This document shows, piece after piece, positions 27,089 through 37,219 of a stretch of 64,000 bases of DNA. The stretch lies in contig JAZJZK010000005.1 in assembly GCA_040389905.1 (NCBI GenBank), positions 160,001-224,000 on the forward strand. Direction: 5' to 3'. Each line of letters begins with the position of its first letter. The stretch's first letter is position 1. This DNA is from Gemmatimonadota bacterium (GTDB taxonomy: Bacteria; Gemmatimonadota; Gemmatimonadetes; Gemmatimonadales; Gemmatimonadaceae). Made by a program: the position numbers and the translations under genes. A model generated the notes under the pieces. It was not told the DNA's origin. It saw only the letters and a list, made by a program, of their open reading frames with translations, and did no database searches.

Positions 27089-28027
27089 ATGCGTCGTTCG
27101 ATTCGATTTGCGTTTCTCTTGCTGCCCGCCGTTCTCGCCGGAACCATGAATGCCCAAACCAGCGGAGCGCCACCTGCCGCAGAGCTTCAAAGCGCCGCCG
27201 CTGCCTTCTCCGCCGGCCGGTGGGCCGACGCCAACATGCAATACGAGTCGTTAGCCAAGCGCTTTCCCCAGCATCCACTCTCGCGCTTTCGCCTCGGTGT
27301 GACCCTCACGGAACTCGGACGGGCGGCCGAGGGCGAAGTCGCCCTCCGCGAGGGAGAACGACTTGGTGTGCCGGCGCCGCAGGCCGCCTATCGTCTCGCC
27401 GAGTCCCTAGCGGAGCAGAAAAAACTCGACGCGGCGATCGCCGAACTCCGCCGGTCGGCCGCTGCCGGGTTCTTCGTTCCCAACGCCACGCTCACTGGGA
27501 ACCCGCACTTTGCCCGACTCGTCACACACGCCGGGTGGCAGGGCGCATTGGATGCGTTCGATGCCATTGTCCAGCCGTGCAAGCACGACACGCGTTTTCG
27601 CGAGTTCGACTTCTGGGTCGGCGATTGGGATGTGCGTCCGACGGGCGCACCGGCGGTCGGTCCGGCATCCCGGAACCGGATCACGCTCGAGGAAAGCTCG
27701 TGCGTCGTGATGGAACATTGGGAAGGTCTCGGCGGCTCGACGGGGCAGAGCTTCAACCTCTTCGATCGGTCGATGGGGAAGTGGCGACAGACGTGGGTGG
27801 ACAACACCGCCGGCCAGCACGAATACGCAGGGTCGCTCGTGGACGGCAACATGGTGATGGAGGGCACCACGCCGGCAGCAAGCGGCCAGCTCGGCCGCGT
27901 CCCGACCAGACTCACGCTCTTCCATATCTCGAAGGACAGCGTGCGGCAGCTCTTCCAGACGTCACCGGACAGCGGGCGGACGTGGACACCGACGACGGAC
28001 CTGATGTACGTGCGCCGGAAGCCCTGA
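27089..28027 (+). CDS. Exported TPR-containing protein with DUF1579-like C-terminal domain
   Basis: Signal peptide, TPR-like helices, FDFWVGDWDV, WRQTWVDN, SPDSGRTW. Confidence 0.75.
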   Translation: MRRSIRFAFLLLPAVLAGTMNAQTSGAPPAAELQSAAAAFSAGRWADANMQYESLAKRFPQHPLSRFRLGVTLTELGRAAEGEVALREGERLGVPAPQAAYRLAESLAEQKKLDAAIAELRRSAAAGFFVPNATLTGNPHFARLVTHAGWQGALDAFDAIVQPCKHDTRFREFDFWVGDWDVRPTGAPAVGPASRNRITLEESSCVVMEHWEGLGGSTGQSFNLFDRSMGKWRQTWVDNTAGQHEYAGSLVDGNMVMEGTTPAASGQLGRVPTRLTLFHISKDSVRQLFQTSPDSGRTWTPTTDLMYVRRKP

Positions 28028-28101
28028 CGACTCCTGGCGCGCGGGATCACGCGCCGCCGGCTTCTTCCGTAGCTTTGTTGCTACGCCCAACGGAGCCGTT
28101 C

Positions 28102-30216
28102 ATGCGTCGCACCACCCTCGTGCTGTCCGCCGCGATCACACTGGTCGCCACCCGAGTCTCTGCCCAGGAAAAGGAAGACCGCACCCTGCTCAACTGGGAC
28201 CAGATGCGCGCGATCATCATGGAAGCATCGGGTGAACGCGCCATGCATCACGTCCTCGAATTCGTTCCGTATCAACGCGTGCGGCCCGCGTCGGAATACA
28301 CGACGGGGCCGTTTCGTGAGAGCAGCGTCACCGCGTCCTACGCGAAAGAGTACGGTTTCTCGACGGTCGAGATCGAGAGATTTCCCAGTGGACCGCTCTG
28401 GCAACCGACCAAGGGACAGCTGTGGGTGTCCGAACGCCTGGGCCCCAGAAAGATTCACGACATCTACGACACGCCCGTCGCACTCGGCGGCAATACGCCG
28501 TCCGGCGACATCTCGGGTGACCTCATCGACGTGGGCAACGGTGGCCGGCCTGAGGACTACGCGGGCAAAGATGTAAAGGGGAAGGTCGTGCTTGGGAGCG
28601 CAGGACTGAACGTCCTTCAGCGACTGGCCGTGTTCGAGCGCGGAGCGGTGGGCGTACTGTCGTGGAGCTCGATGCGCCCCATCGAGAAGCCCGACATCAT
28701 GATCTCGTCGTCGATTGCCGGCACGAATCCGAACGGTGGAAGCGTCGGTTTTGGTTGGATGGTGACGACGCGAGTCGCGCGCGACCTCGCGGTGCGCCTC
28801 GAGCGTGGCGAGAAGGTGGCGGTGCGTTCAGTCGTCGAGGCGCAAACGTACCCAGGCCGTCAGGAGGTCATCCACGCGACGATCGCCGGTGATGGCAGCA
28901 CCAATCAGGACGTTGTGGTTTCCGCGCACATCTTCGAGGGACTCATCAAGCAGGGCGCGAATGACGATAACTCAGGCGCCGCGCACATTCTCGAAATGGG
29001 GCGCGCGTACATCGCCCTGGTGAAAGCGGGGCAACTGCCAAAGCCGAAGCGCACGATCCATTTCCTTTTCGTGCAGGAGATCAGCGGAACGAACGCGTGG
29101 CTCAATGCGCATCCGGACATCGCGAAACGCGCCATCGCGGACCTCAACTACGACATGGAAGGCCTTCGTCTCACGGCGAGCGGCGCGACATGGCTGCTCA
29201 TGCGCACGCCGGATTCCTTTCCTTCCTTTCTCAACGACATCTGCCAGAACTTCCTCGAGTTCGTTGCGGAAATTACACGGGAGCGCGTGCGCTATCGGGC
29301 GAACGGCTACGCGCCAGCCCTGGATGTGCTCTCGCCGAATGGGAGTCGCGACGCGTTCTACATCAAGGTGGACAAGTACTATGGTGCGAGTGACCACGCG
29401 ACATACATGCAGCACGGGATTCCGGCGGTGATCTTCAACACGTGGCCCGATCTGTGGTACCACTCGTCAGCGGACACGCCCGACAAACTGGATCCGACGC
29501 AATTCAAGCGCGCAGCGGTGGTGAGCATCGGTGCGATGGCGGTTCTCGCGACCGCAGACGACCCCATGGCGGTCCGTGTGGTCGCGGATGTCGTCGGGCG
29601 TGGCGCGGAACGCATGACCGCGAACCAGCGCAAAGGGCTGGGCTACATCGGAGACGTGACGGACGCGGCGCAGCTTCCGCAGGCATATACCGACGCGAAG
29701 GTCGCGGTTCGGCATCAGGCGAATATCGAAAAGGCCGTCGTCAAGTCCGCGAGTGTGCTCTTTGCGAATCCAGCTGACGCGGAGAAGCGGCTTGTTGCCA
29801 CGTATCATCCGCTGATCGATGCGCGTGCCGGCGCATTGCTCGCCGAGTTGAAGGCGACGTACGCGCTCGCGGCGTCTACCTGGAAGGTGCCCGCCACGGA
29901 ACCGGCGCAATCCGAACTCGAGAAGCAGGCAGCGCGAACGACGGTTGAGCGCGTCGCGCAGGCGGCAGGTGCCGGCGGACGCGGTGCTGGGCCCGGCGGT
30001 GGCGGCCGAGGTCGTGGCGGTATGACGTCGCGCATTCCCGGTCACATGAGTGGAGAGCTGAACGCGGTGCTCGGCCGAGGCGCAACGGTGCTCGAGATTC
30101 GCGATTTCATTTCTGGAGAGTTCGAGCCGGTGCCCCTTCAGGATGTGTGGGACTATGTGAAGGCGCTCGAAGCTCAAGGCTCGGTGAAGTTGACAGTCAA
30201 GCCGGCGGGCAAGTGA
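28102..30216 (+). CDS. Exported M28 / DUF4910-like aminopeptidase
   Basis: Signal peptide; SAH, GANDDNSG, QEISG, ASDH, YHSSADT; start ATG 28102 after GGAG. Confidence 0.85.
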   Translation: MRRTTLVLSAAITLVATRVSAQEKEDRTLLNWDQMRAIIMEASGERAMHHVLEFVPYQRVRPASEYTTGPFRESSVTASYAKEYGFSTVEIERFPSGPLWQPTKGQLWVSERLGPRKIHDIYDTPVALGGNTPSGDISGDLIDVGNGGRPEDYAGKDVKGKVVLGSAGLNVLQRLAVFERGAVGVLSWSSMRPIEKPDIMISSSIAGTNPNGGSVGFGWMVTTRVARDLAVRLERGEKVAVRSVVEAQTYPGRQEVIHATIAGDGSTNQDVVVSAHIFEGLIKQGANDDNSGAAHILEMGRAYIALVKAGQLPKPKRTIHFLFVQEISGTNAWLNAHPDIAKRAIADLNYDMEGLRLTASGATWLLMRTPDSFPSFLNDICQNFLEFVAEITRERVRYRANGYAPALDVLSPNGSRDAFYIKVDKYYGASDHATYMQHGIPAVIFNTWPDLWYHSSADTPDKLDPTQFKRAAVVSIGAMAVLATADDPMAVRVVADVVGRGAERMTANQRKGLGYIGDVTDAAQLPQAYTDAKVAVRHQANIEKAVVKSASVLFANPADAEKRLVATYHPLIDARAGALLAELKATYALAASTWKVPATEPAQSELEKQAARTTVERVAQAAGAGGRGAGPGGGGRGRGGMTSRIPGHMSGELNAVLGRGATVLEIRDFISGEFEPVPLQDVWDYVKALEAQGSVKLTVKPAGK

Positions 30217-30689
30217 GCCGCCGCCTCGTTCGCGCCGGTTTGCTCACAGGTGTGATCGATGGGCTGTGGGCTGTGGTGTTGACACATCTCTACGGAGGTG
30301 AGCAGATCAAGCTCTGGCAGCGCATTGCCGCGACGGCATTCGGCGATTCGATGTACAACGGAGGGGTCAAGACGGCAGCGCTCGGTCTCCTCATGCACTT
30401 CACTGTGGCGTTCACCTGGTCCGCGATTCTTCTGCTGCTGATCACACGCTCGCGCTGGTTGCAGCAGGTGCTTGACTCTCCGCTCGGCGTGCTGAAGATC
30501 GCAATGGTGTACGGGCCCTTGATCTGGCTGGTGATGTCACTGATCGTCGTTCCGATCCTCACCCACAAGCCCTTTACCGTAGACGGCGTGACGGCAACAT
30601 TCACCTATCGGTGGTTCATCCAGGCGGCGGGGCACATCGCCTTCGTTGGCGCGCCGATGGCGTGGGCCCTTCGCAAAGGAACGACATGA
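30213..30689 (+). CDS. Integral membrane hypothetical protein with conserved-looking His residues
   Basis: Four hydrophobic segments, GLLMHF and GHIAFVG; GTGA coupling to upstream gene. Confidence 0.75.
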   Translation: MSRRLVRAGLLTGVIDGLWAVVLTHLYGGEQIKLWQRIAATAFGDSMYNGGVKTAALGLLMHFTVAFTWSAILLLLITRSRWLQQVLDSPLGVLKIAMVYGPLIWLVMSLIVVPILTHKPFTVDGVTATFTYRWFIQAAGHIAFVGAPMAWALRKGTT

Positions 30690-31708
30690 AAACGACACTT
30701 CGATATTCGGTGTTACTCGCATCGGCAGTGGCTGCGGCGAGCGTGCACGCGCAGACCGTACATCAACTGCCCGCGACGCCCACGACCGTGGCCTATGGCT
30801 ACTACTGGTCAGAAGCGAAACCGGCACTCCGGATCAAGTCCGGCGACATGGTCGATATCGAGACGATGCTGACCAACTCGCCGGCGGGCCTCGAGCGAAT
30901 GGGCGTCAAGCCTGCGGACGTGCCGCAGAACCTGCGAGACATTGTCACACAGGATACCGGCTCGCTCAAAGGGCCCGGCGGTCACATCCTCACAGGGCCG
31001 ATCTTCGTGGAGGGAGCCGACTCGGGGGATGTGCTCGAAGTCCGTATCCAGTCGATCACGCTGCCGATCGCGTACGGCTATAACGGCTGCAGCGGTTTCG
31101 TTCGTGAGCTGTGTCAGGTGCGTGGCAGCTCGCTGATTCAGATGGATCGCCAGAAGATGACGGCGGAGATCGTCCCCGGCATGGTTGTGCCACTCCGGCC
31201 ATTCTGGGGCTCCATCGGCGTGGCCCCGGCAGCAGCACTTGGCCGTGTGAGCAGCAACCCGCCGAGTCGACATGCCGGCAACATGGATAACAAGGAACTC
31301 GTCGCAGGTACGACGTTGTATGTCCCCGTCTTCGTGAAGGGCGCGTTGCTCGAGCTCGGCGATGGTCATGCCGTGCAAGGAGACGGCGAGGTGGATCAGA
31401 CCGGACTCGAGACGAATTTGAAAGGCCGAATTCAAGTCGTCGTTCGCAAGGACATGAAGCTCGACTGGCCGCGCATCGAGACACCGACGCACTGGATCAC
31501 GATGGGGACCGATACGTCTCTCGTCGTCGCAACGAAGACGGCGATCGTCGAGATGGTCAAGCTGCTTCAGGAGAAGAAGGGCATTACCCAGACACAGGCC
31601 TATCAAGCCGCGTCGATGGCGGCCGATCTTCGCATCACGGAGCTGGTGGATTTCAACGTCGGCGTGCACATGATGATTGCCAAGTCATACCTGCTCCCGG
31701 TGAAGTGA
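30686..31708 (+). CDS. Acetamidase/formamidase family protein with signal peptide
   Basis: GHILTGPIFVEGA, HAGNMD, GDGHAVQGDGEV; ATGA coupling. Confidence 0.92.
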   Translation: MKTTLRYSVLLASAVAAASVHAQTVHQLPATPTTVAYGYYWSEAKPALRIKSGDMVDIETMLTNSPAGLERMGVKPADVPQNLRDIVTQDTGSLKGPGGHILTGPIFVEGADSGDVLEVRIQSITLPIAYGYNGCSGFVRELCQVRGSSLIQMDRQKMTAEIVPGMVVPLRPFWGSIGVAPAAALGRVSSNPPSRHAGNMDNKELVAGTTLYVPVFVKGALLELGDGHAVQGDGEVDQTGLETNLKGRIQVVVRKDMKLDWPRIETPTHWITMGTDTSLVVATKTAIVEMVKLLQEKKGITQTQAYQAASMAADLRITELVDFNVGVHMMIAKSYLLPVK

Positions 31709-32676
31709 TGACTCGGATCATCCCGCGTAGAGAGTTTCTTGCTCAGTCCGGAAGTTGCGCTGCGCATCTCGCGCTTGCCGCCATGGCGATGCCGGTTGGC
31801 CTGCGCCGAGCATGGGCATCCTCACCACTCGGCGGCATGGCTGCGCGCGAACCGTTTGGGAGCCTCGAGAAGGTTGCGGATGGGGTGTGGGCGCTCATTT
31901 CGACTCCACTCTCAGGTGATCGCACGACACTCTCGAATGGCGGAATCATTGCCGGCCGGAATGGCGTGCTCGCCATCGAGGGATTCAACCAACCGCAGGG
32001 CGCGCAGTGGCTCGCCGAGCGGGCGAAGGAGCTCACGGGAAGGTGGCCGACGCATGTGGTGCTCACGCACTATCACAGCGATCATGCCAATGGCGTTGCG
32101 GGCTACACGACCGCGAGCGAACATCCGGCCATTCACTCCACGGCGCGGACGAAAGAGCTGGTTCTCACGAAGAACCTGCCCGCTGATCCGGCGCGAACGA
32201 CGTCGGTGACTGGTGCGGAGATCCTGAGTGACGGAGCGCCGAGCACGATCGACCTTGGCGGACGGACGGTTCGAATCATCCCGCGCGGTGGTCACACGGA
32301 CAGTGATGTCTCGCTCGAGCTGGACGACCCAAGTCTCGTCTTTGCCGGTGATCTCTTCTGGAATGGAATGTTTCCGAACTTCGTCGATGCGGTGCCGACC
32401 AAGCTGGCGGCGTCGGTTCGCGCGATGAAGCGGGCGAAGGAGACGATCTACGTGCCTGGACATGGGGCAGTGGGTCGAGCTGCGGAATACGATCGTTACA
32501 TCGCGATGCTCGGCGAGGTCGAGGCGGGTGCACGCAAGGCATACACGGCTGGTATATCCGCTGCCGACGGTGGGGCGGCATTCACACTATCGCCATCGCT
32601 CGGTGAGTGGACGCTGTTCAGCAAGGCCTTCTACCCGCGCGCGTTCGAGGCGTGGTACAAAGAGCTCAAGGGGTAG
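31705..32676 (+). CDS. Tat-exported metallo-beta-lactamase-fold hydrolase
   Basis: RREFL signal; THYHSDHANG, GHT, AGD, PGHG motifs. Confidence 0.9.
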   Translation: MMTRIIPRREFLAQSGSCAAHLALAAMAMPVGLRRAWASSPLGGMAAREPFGSLEKVADGVWALISTPLSGDRTTLSNGGIIAGRNGVLAIEGFNQPQGAQWLAERAKELTGRWPTHVVLTHYHSDHANGVAGYTTASEHPAIHSTARTKELVLTKNLPADPARTTSVTGAEILSDGAPSTIDLGGRTVRIIPRGGHTDSDVSLELDDPSLVFAGDLFWNGMFPNFVDAVPTKLAASVRAMKRAKETIYVPGHGAVGRAAEYDRYIAMLGEVEAGARKAYTAGISAADGGAAFTLSPSLGEWTLFSKAFYPRAFEAWYKELKG

Positions 32677-33261
32677 TCAGGGTGTGTAGCGCGTCCAGAT
32701 GAAGATCGCGGCGCATCCATCGCCACGTGCTTCCATCGGGAGTTGTGAGGCGCCGCGGTAGACCTCCATCGCCTCGACGTCGCGCGGTTTCATGTTAGAC
32801 AATGTCTCGAACGGTTCGCTGGCCCTCTGGCCATCGACGTAGAGCGTGACTTGCCTGCTATTCGCAACTCTGGCGAGATTCAGCGCCTCACACTGCACGA
32901 AGCTGATCGTCGGAATACCTAGCCGGTCGCGCTGCACTCGCACACCGGGCAGCTTCTTCAGCAGATCCTCGATCGTTTGCGGGTCCTCGCGCTCGATGTC
33001 CTCGCGCTCGAAGAAGCGGCCGGAGGGCGACGTTTTCTTTCTCTCGTAAAAGAGGTCGAACTTCGTGGTATTGACGTAGCGCGCCGGCTTGATGCCAGGC
33101 GACGCCTCGACGGTTACGCCTGGCAAGACAGCCGGACGTGGCGCACGCGAAGTGTCCGTAGCCTGTGCAAAGGCCGCATTGGGGACAACCGCGAGCACGC
33201 ACAGCCATGCGACGATCGATGATGATCGCACTGTATAGCCATGGTCAGCGCCTCGGTGCAT
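32677..33261 (-). CDS. Small exported TonB-plug-like protein without beta-barrel
   Basis: EDLLKKLPGV, YVDG, DVEAMEVYRG..P, GCAAIFIWTR; start uncertain (ATG 33261 or GTG 33231). Confidence 0.75.
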   Translation of the reverse strand: MHRGADHGYTVRSSSIVAWLCVLAVVPNAAFAQATDTSRAPRPAVLPGVTVEASPGIKPARYVNTTKFDLFYERKKTSPSGRFFEREDIEREDPQTIEDLLKKLPGVRVQRDRLGIPTISFVQCEALNLARVANSRQVTLYVDGQRASEPFETLSNMKPRDVEAMEVYRGASQLPMEARGDGCAAIFIWTRYTP

Positions 33262-33303
33262 GCATGATGCTATCCATAAGCGTCGCAAAGGGTAAGTGCC
33301 ATG

Positions 33304-33343
33304 GTGCAGGCCCTTCACTTCGTTCAGGGCGACAAAACGAGCG
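33304..33343 (+). repeat. REP-like element family A
   Basis: GTGCAGGCCCTTCACTTCGTTCAGGGCGACAAAACGAGCG. Confidence 0.85.
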
Positions 33344-33434
33344 AAAGATCGGACAATGCCTTGGATCCGGCAGTTTCATGAGCATTCGTCAAATCCGCTC
33401 CTGAATATTCCTAAAATCTGGTCATTCGTTGCTT

Positions 33435-35861
33435 CTAGAACTTGGATTCGAGGTACAGATCCACTCGAAATTGCTTTCGTGGGTAGATCCCACGCGCGAC
33501 ATCGAATCGGAACAATCCATCCATGAACGAAACGCCAACGCCCGCGCCGCTCATCGGCCGGCCCACGTTGCCCCAGTCCGCGCGGTCACCAACCCAGCCG
33601 ATGTCTGTAAAGACCGTTGGTCGCAAGCCAACATAGTTCGAACCCAACTCGGTGCGCGTCAACCAGAAGGCGTTACCGCTCTGCGTGACGTCGGGGCTCT
33701 GGCCGCGCACAGTCTGTGAGCCACCGAGGTACCAGTTCCGCTGCGCCGGCAGTCCGCCGACCGAAGTTCCGCCCGACAACGTCAACGAGCCTGCGAGCCA
33801 CTCCCCCAGGCCGTGCGACGCGGTGAAGTCCATTGCCGCGCGGCCGTAGACCGAGTCCCCACGCGCTACCTCAGCCCTTGCGTCAGTGATGAGGCGCATA
33901 CCACGGGGGTCGAGGCCGGACTCGCGATACGCGCGGCCTTCAAGGCCGACATAGGTTGCGCGCGTCGCGACCAGGTTCGCTGGGAAGTCAGAGCCATTCA
34001 TCGAGAAGCTCGCGTGGGGCGTTGCGGAACGTTGGCGCTCCGCGAACGTGCGCCACTCCAGCCGAGTGCCACCACCAAACGAGGACTGCCGGCCGCCGCC
34101 GAACGACAGACCCGACGCGCGGTAGTAAAAGCCTTCGTCGCGCCCGAACATCAACGCGGAGAATGAGCTGCCGAAACTGAGTGGATGCCCCCAATCGCTC
34201 GCCGAGACGAGCCGGTTATACAACGACAGCGTGACAGCATCGGTCATATTCGTGCGAGTCACGGACAACTCGATGTTAGGCTCCCGATCCGCCAGTCCGA
34301 TACGTCCGATTGCCAATCCACTGTAGCCGCCACCCGCCTGCTGTTCGATTGACGCGCCGAGGGAAAGGCCCTCGACCCTGTTATATCGTGTCATGGACAG
34401 GCCGTACTGCACGGTTGGCGGAGGCATGAGTGCGAGACGGAGCTGGAGCGGGCCCTGTGCCGACAGCGACAGTGCTTCCTGCTTGAGCAGTTCAAGCTCC
34501 TTGTCGCCAAACAATTCCTCGCCATCGTCATAGATAGACGCTGGTAGGTCCGGAGAGTGCTCGAGTGCCGCGAGATTGCAGGGTGTGCGCACCGCGATCT
34601 TCAAATCTCCGCCGTAGCGGTTTGTCAGCCCGACACGCGTATCCGATGTATCGCACTGTGACGAACGACGAGGCACTGTCTTCAGTCCAAGCCGAATCGA
34701 GTCAACCGATGCTCGGGTGCGCGCACGCGTCGCGAGTCGAACGGAGTCGCGCCACTGCTGTTGCTGTTCGACGCTCAACGAATCAGGCATCCGAACGCGA
34801 ACAACGGGCGCCAGAACTCCAACTGCTTCGGGAATGGCCGGCAGAGGGTCCTTACCGTTCACGCTCGCGTACTTGAAGCTCTCCTCCATCTTGAACGGCA
34901 CGTGCATGAAGCTCACCTGTGCCGTACCCTCGGCCAGCCGGAGCCGGGGGAGCCAGAAGCGACCCTCGTGCAGTCCGTACTCCACGGCGATCGTGGAGAC
35001 GTCCGCCTTCATCGGCGTGATCATCGGCTTGACCCACGTGGGCACGTCCTTCATCGCGGTCGTATCCTCGATCTGCGCAACGGCCCAGATGTCCATCGTT
35101 ACCGAGAGGCGATATGCAGCCCGCACCAACTGTCCGGACTTCGTATCGAACCACAGGGAGCCGACCGCGAGATTCCACTTGCTCACGCGTGGACGAACCT
35201 TGAGCTCACGCAGCAGGATCGTGGCGCCGTTTGGGAGAGTGAAGCGGACCGAGTCGCCCGTCTCATACGTGTAGTACGCCTCGGCGCCATCCGCGATCGG
35301 ATTGACCAACTCCTTGTCGTTCACCTGCGACCGTGCCATTCCGCTGCCAACCCAGAGCGGTTCGTAGCCTGGGAAGTAGGGGATCGACGCGTTCATGTCC
35401 GGATCATTCGTTTCCTGCCGGATCTCCTCGCGTGCTTCGTCCGGTGCGGCGGGAATTGTCGTCCGCTTTCCCTTGATGTCCATCCAGACGCCGACGCCTT
35501 GCTGCCATCGAACGCGTGCCGCACTCTCGTGACGGAACAACAGCCGATCGCGGCCCATCTTCAGGAACGACATGCCGGCGGAGACGCGCGAGTACGACAT
35601 GGCGTCGTACGAAGTAAGGGCGGAGTCCATCGACATGCGTGCGACGCGCGCCTGAAGCAACGTCGTCCTTGCCAGCGGGTCCTTGAACGCCGACCGCTGA
35701 TCTTCCGCGGTCACGGGCTGCCGCGCGCCTCGTCGGGAACTCCGTCCCGCGCGCCCCGAATCTATTCCCATGCTGTCGCGTACGACTGGGGTGCGGGGCG
35801 ACGACGGACCGATCTGGATTTGCGCGTGCAGGGCGAGCGCGGCACCAAGGACGAGAAGCAT
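33435..35861 (-). CDS. Outer-membrane beta-barrel protein (DUF5686 / Omp85-like C-terminus)
   Basis: Signal peptide; RYNRVEG; LGGSQTVRG; amphipathic strands; terminal Phe. Confidence 0.7.
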   Translation of the reverse strand: MLLVLGAALALHAQIQIGPSSPRTPVVRDSMGIDSGRAGRSSRRGARQPVTAEDQRSAFKDPLARTTLLQARVARMSMDSALTSYDAMSYSRVSAGMSFLKMGRDRLLFRHESAARVRWQQGVGVWMDIKGKRTTIPAAPDEAREEIRQETNDPDMNASIPYFPGYEPLWVGSGMARSQVNDKELVNPIADGAEAYYTYETGDSVRFTLPNGATILLRELKVRPRVSKWNLAVGSLWFDTKSGQLVRAAYRLSVTMDIWAVAQIEDTTAMKDVPTWVKPMITPMKADVSTIAVEYGLHEGRFWLPRLRLAEGTAQVSFMHVPFKMEESFKYASVNGKDPLPAIPEAVGVLAPVVRVRMPDSLSVEQQQQWRDSVRLATRARTRASVDSIRLGLKTVPRRSSQCDTSDTRVGLTNRYGGDLKIAVRTPCNLAALEHSPDLPASIYDDGEELFGDKELELLKQEALSLSAQGPLQLRLALMPPPTVQYGLSMTRYNRVEGLSLGASIEQQAGGGYSGLAIGRIGLADREPNIELSVTRTNMTDAVTLSLYNRLVSASDWGHPLSFGSSFSALMFGRDEGFYYRASGLSFGGGRQSSFGGGTRLEWRTFAERQRSATPHASFSMNGSDFPANLVATRATYVGLEGRAYRESGLDPRGMRLITDARAEVARGDSVYGRAAMDFTASHGLGEWLAGSLTLSGGTSVGGLPAQRNWYLGGSQTVRGQSPDVTQSGNAFWLTRTELGSNYVGLRPTVFTDIGWVGDRADWGNVGRPMSGAGVGVSFMDGLFRFDVARGIYPRKQFRVDLYLESKF

Positions 35862-35977
35862 GGTGTGGACTCAAGGTGGGAATGGAGGCAACACTTTCCG
35901 TACGCACTCCGCACGGGAAGGTTTCCGTGCTATCGTACAGGTCCCTCCGCGCCGCGACGCTCACGTTTTGGAGTCGC

Positions 35978-37219
35978 ATGCTGTTCGTTGACGTCCTCGT
36001 TTCGGCCATCTCGGAAATTCTCGCCAACAAGCTGCGGAGCTTCTTCACGCTCCTCGGCATCATCGTCTCCGTCGCGTTTCTCGTAGCGGTGGTCGCGGTG
36101 ATCCAGGGGATGAATTCCTACGTCACGAACAATCTCGCAAACTCACTGATCGGCACGAACGCATTTCAGGTTCGACGCGTGCCGATTCAGCTCGGCTTCT
36201 TCGACGATGAGGCGTTCAAGAAGATTGCGAAGCGGCCGGTGATCGAACGTGCCGACTTCGAGGCCGTGCGCGCTGCACTCCCCGACGCCGACGCCATGGC
36301 GATCACGTCGGGATTCCCCAATCCACTCTCTGATATTCAGTGGGGCAACCGCGAAGTTGGTGACGTCACGATTCGCGGCGTCACCCCGCCGTACCAGACG
36401 GTGCAGGACTATCGCATCGTTCGCGGCCGGCCGCTGATCGACGTGGATGAGGATCAACGTCGGGCCGTTGCGGTGATCGGCTCGGAGGTGGCGGAGAAGC
36501 TCTTCGAGGCGGCGGACCCGATTGGCCAGACGGTCCGGCTGGCGAAGGAGCGCTTCGAAGTGGTCGGCGTGCTCGCATCCAAAGGGCGAATGCTCGGCCA
36601 GTCGTTCGATGCGATCGCGCTGATTCCATTGTCGCGCTACGAGATGGTGTACGGTCACCGCGCGTCGACCTCCATTTCGATCAAGATGAAGGAGGCAGCG
36701 GATGTCGCGCCCGCGATGGCCCGCGCCGAGGAGGCAATGCGTCTCAAGCGACACCTGCGTCCTGGTCAGGAGAACAACTTCTCGATCGAGACGGCGGCAG
36801 CGCTCGTCGCATTCTGGCAGAATCTCACGGCGATACTGTTCAGCGTGATCCCCGCCGTGGTCGGGATTGGAGTCGTCGTCGGTGGCATCGTCATCATGAA
36901 CATCATGCTGATGGCCGTCAGCGAACGGACGCGGGAGATCGGCATTCGGAAAGCGGTCGGGGCGCGAGCACGCGACATCGAGCGGCAATTTCTCGCCGAG
37001 GCGATCGCCCTGTCGGCGATGGGCGGTATCATCGGGGTCATCAGCGGGTGGGCGTTTGCGGAGCTGGTCGCCACGGTGTCCCCGCTCCCGGCGCGAATCA
37101 CCTGGTGGTCGGTCGTGCTCGCCGTGGTGCTTGGTGCCGGCGTTGGAGTCTTGTTTGGCGTCTATCCCTCGCGCCGCGCCGCGCGGCTCGACCCGATCGA
37201 GGCGTTGCGCGCAGAATGA
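35978..37219 (+). CDS. MacB/FtsX family ABC transporter permease
   Basis: NKLRSFFTLLGIIVSV, GGIVIMNIML, ERTREIGIRKAVGA, LDPIEALR. Confidence 0.93.
   Translation: MLFVDVLVSAISEILANKLRSFFTLLGIIVSVAFLVAVVAVIQGMNSYVTNNLANSLIGTNAFQVRRVPIQLGFFDDEAFKKIAKRPVIERADFEAVRAALPDADAMAITSGFPNPLSDIQWGNREVGDVTIRGVTPPYQTVQDYRIVRGRPLIDVDEDQRRAVAVIGSEVAEKLFEAADPIGQTVRLAKERFEVVGVLASKGRMLGQSFDAIALIPLSRYEMVYGHRASTSISIKMKEAADVAPAMARAEEAMRLKRHLRPGQENNFSIETAAALVAFWQNLTAILFSVIPAVVGIGVVVGGIVIMNIMLMAVSERTREIGIRKAVGARARDIERQFLAEAIALSAMGGIIGVISGWAFAELVATVSPLPARITWWSVVLAVVLGAGVGVLFGVYPSRRAARLDPIEALRAE

Noticed and set aside
26962..28101. 1084-aa giant peptidase ORF
   Set aside because: The first 380 codons overlap the TPR gene in another frame and read as Arg-rich shadow sequence; the real start is 28102.
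31705..32676. Metallo-beta-lactamase resistance gene
   Set aside because: HxHxDH shows only the MBL fold; context suggests a general hydrolase.
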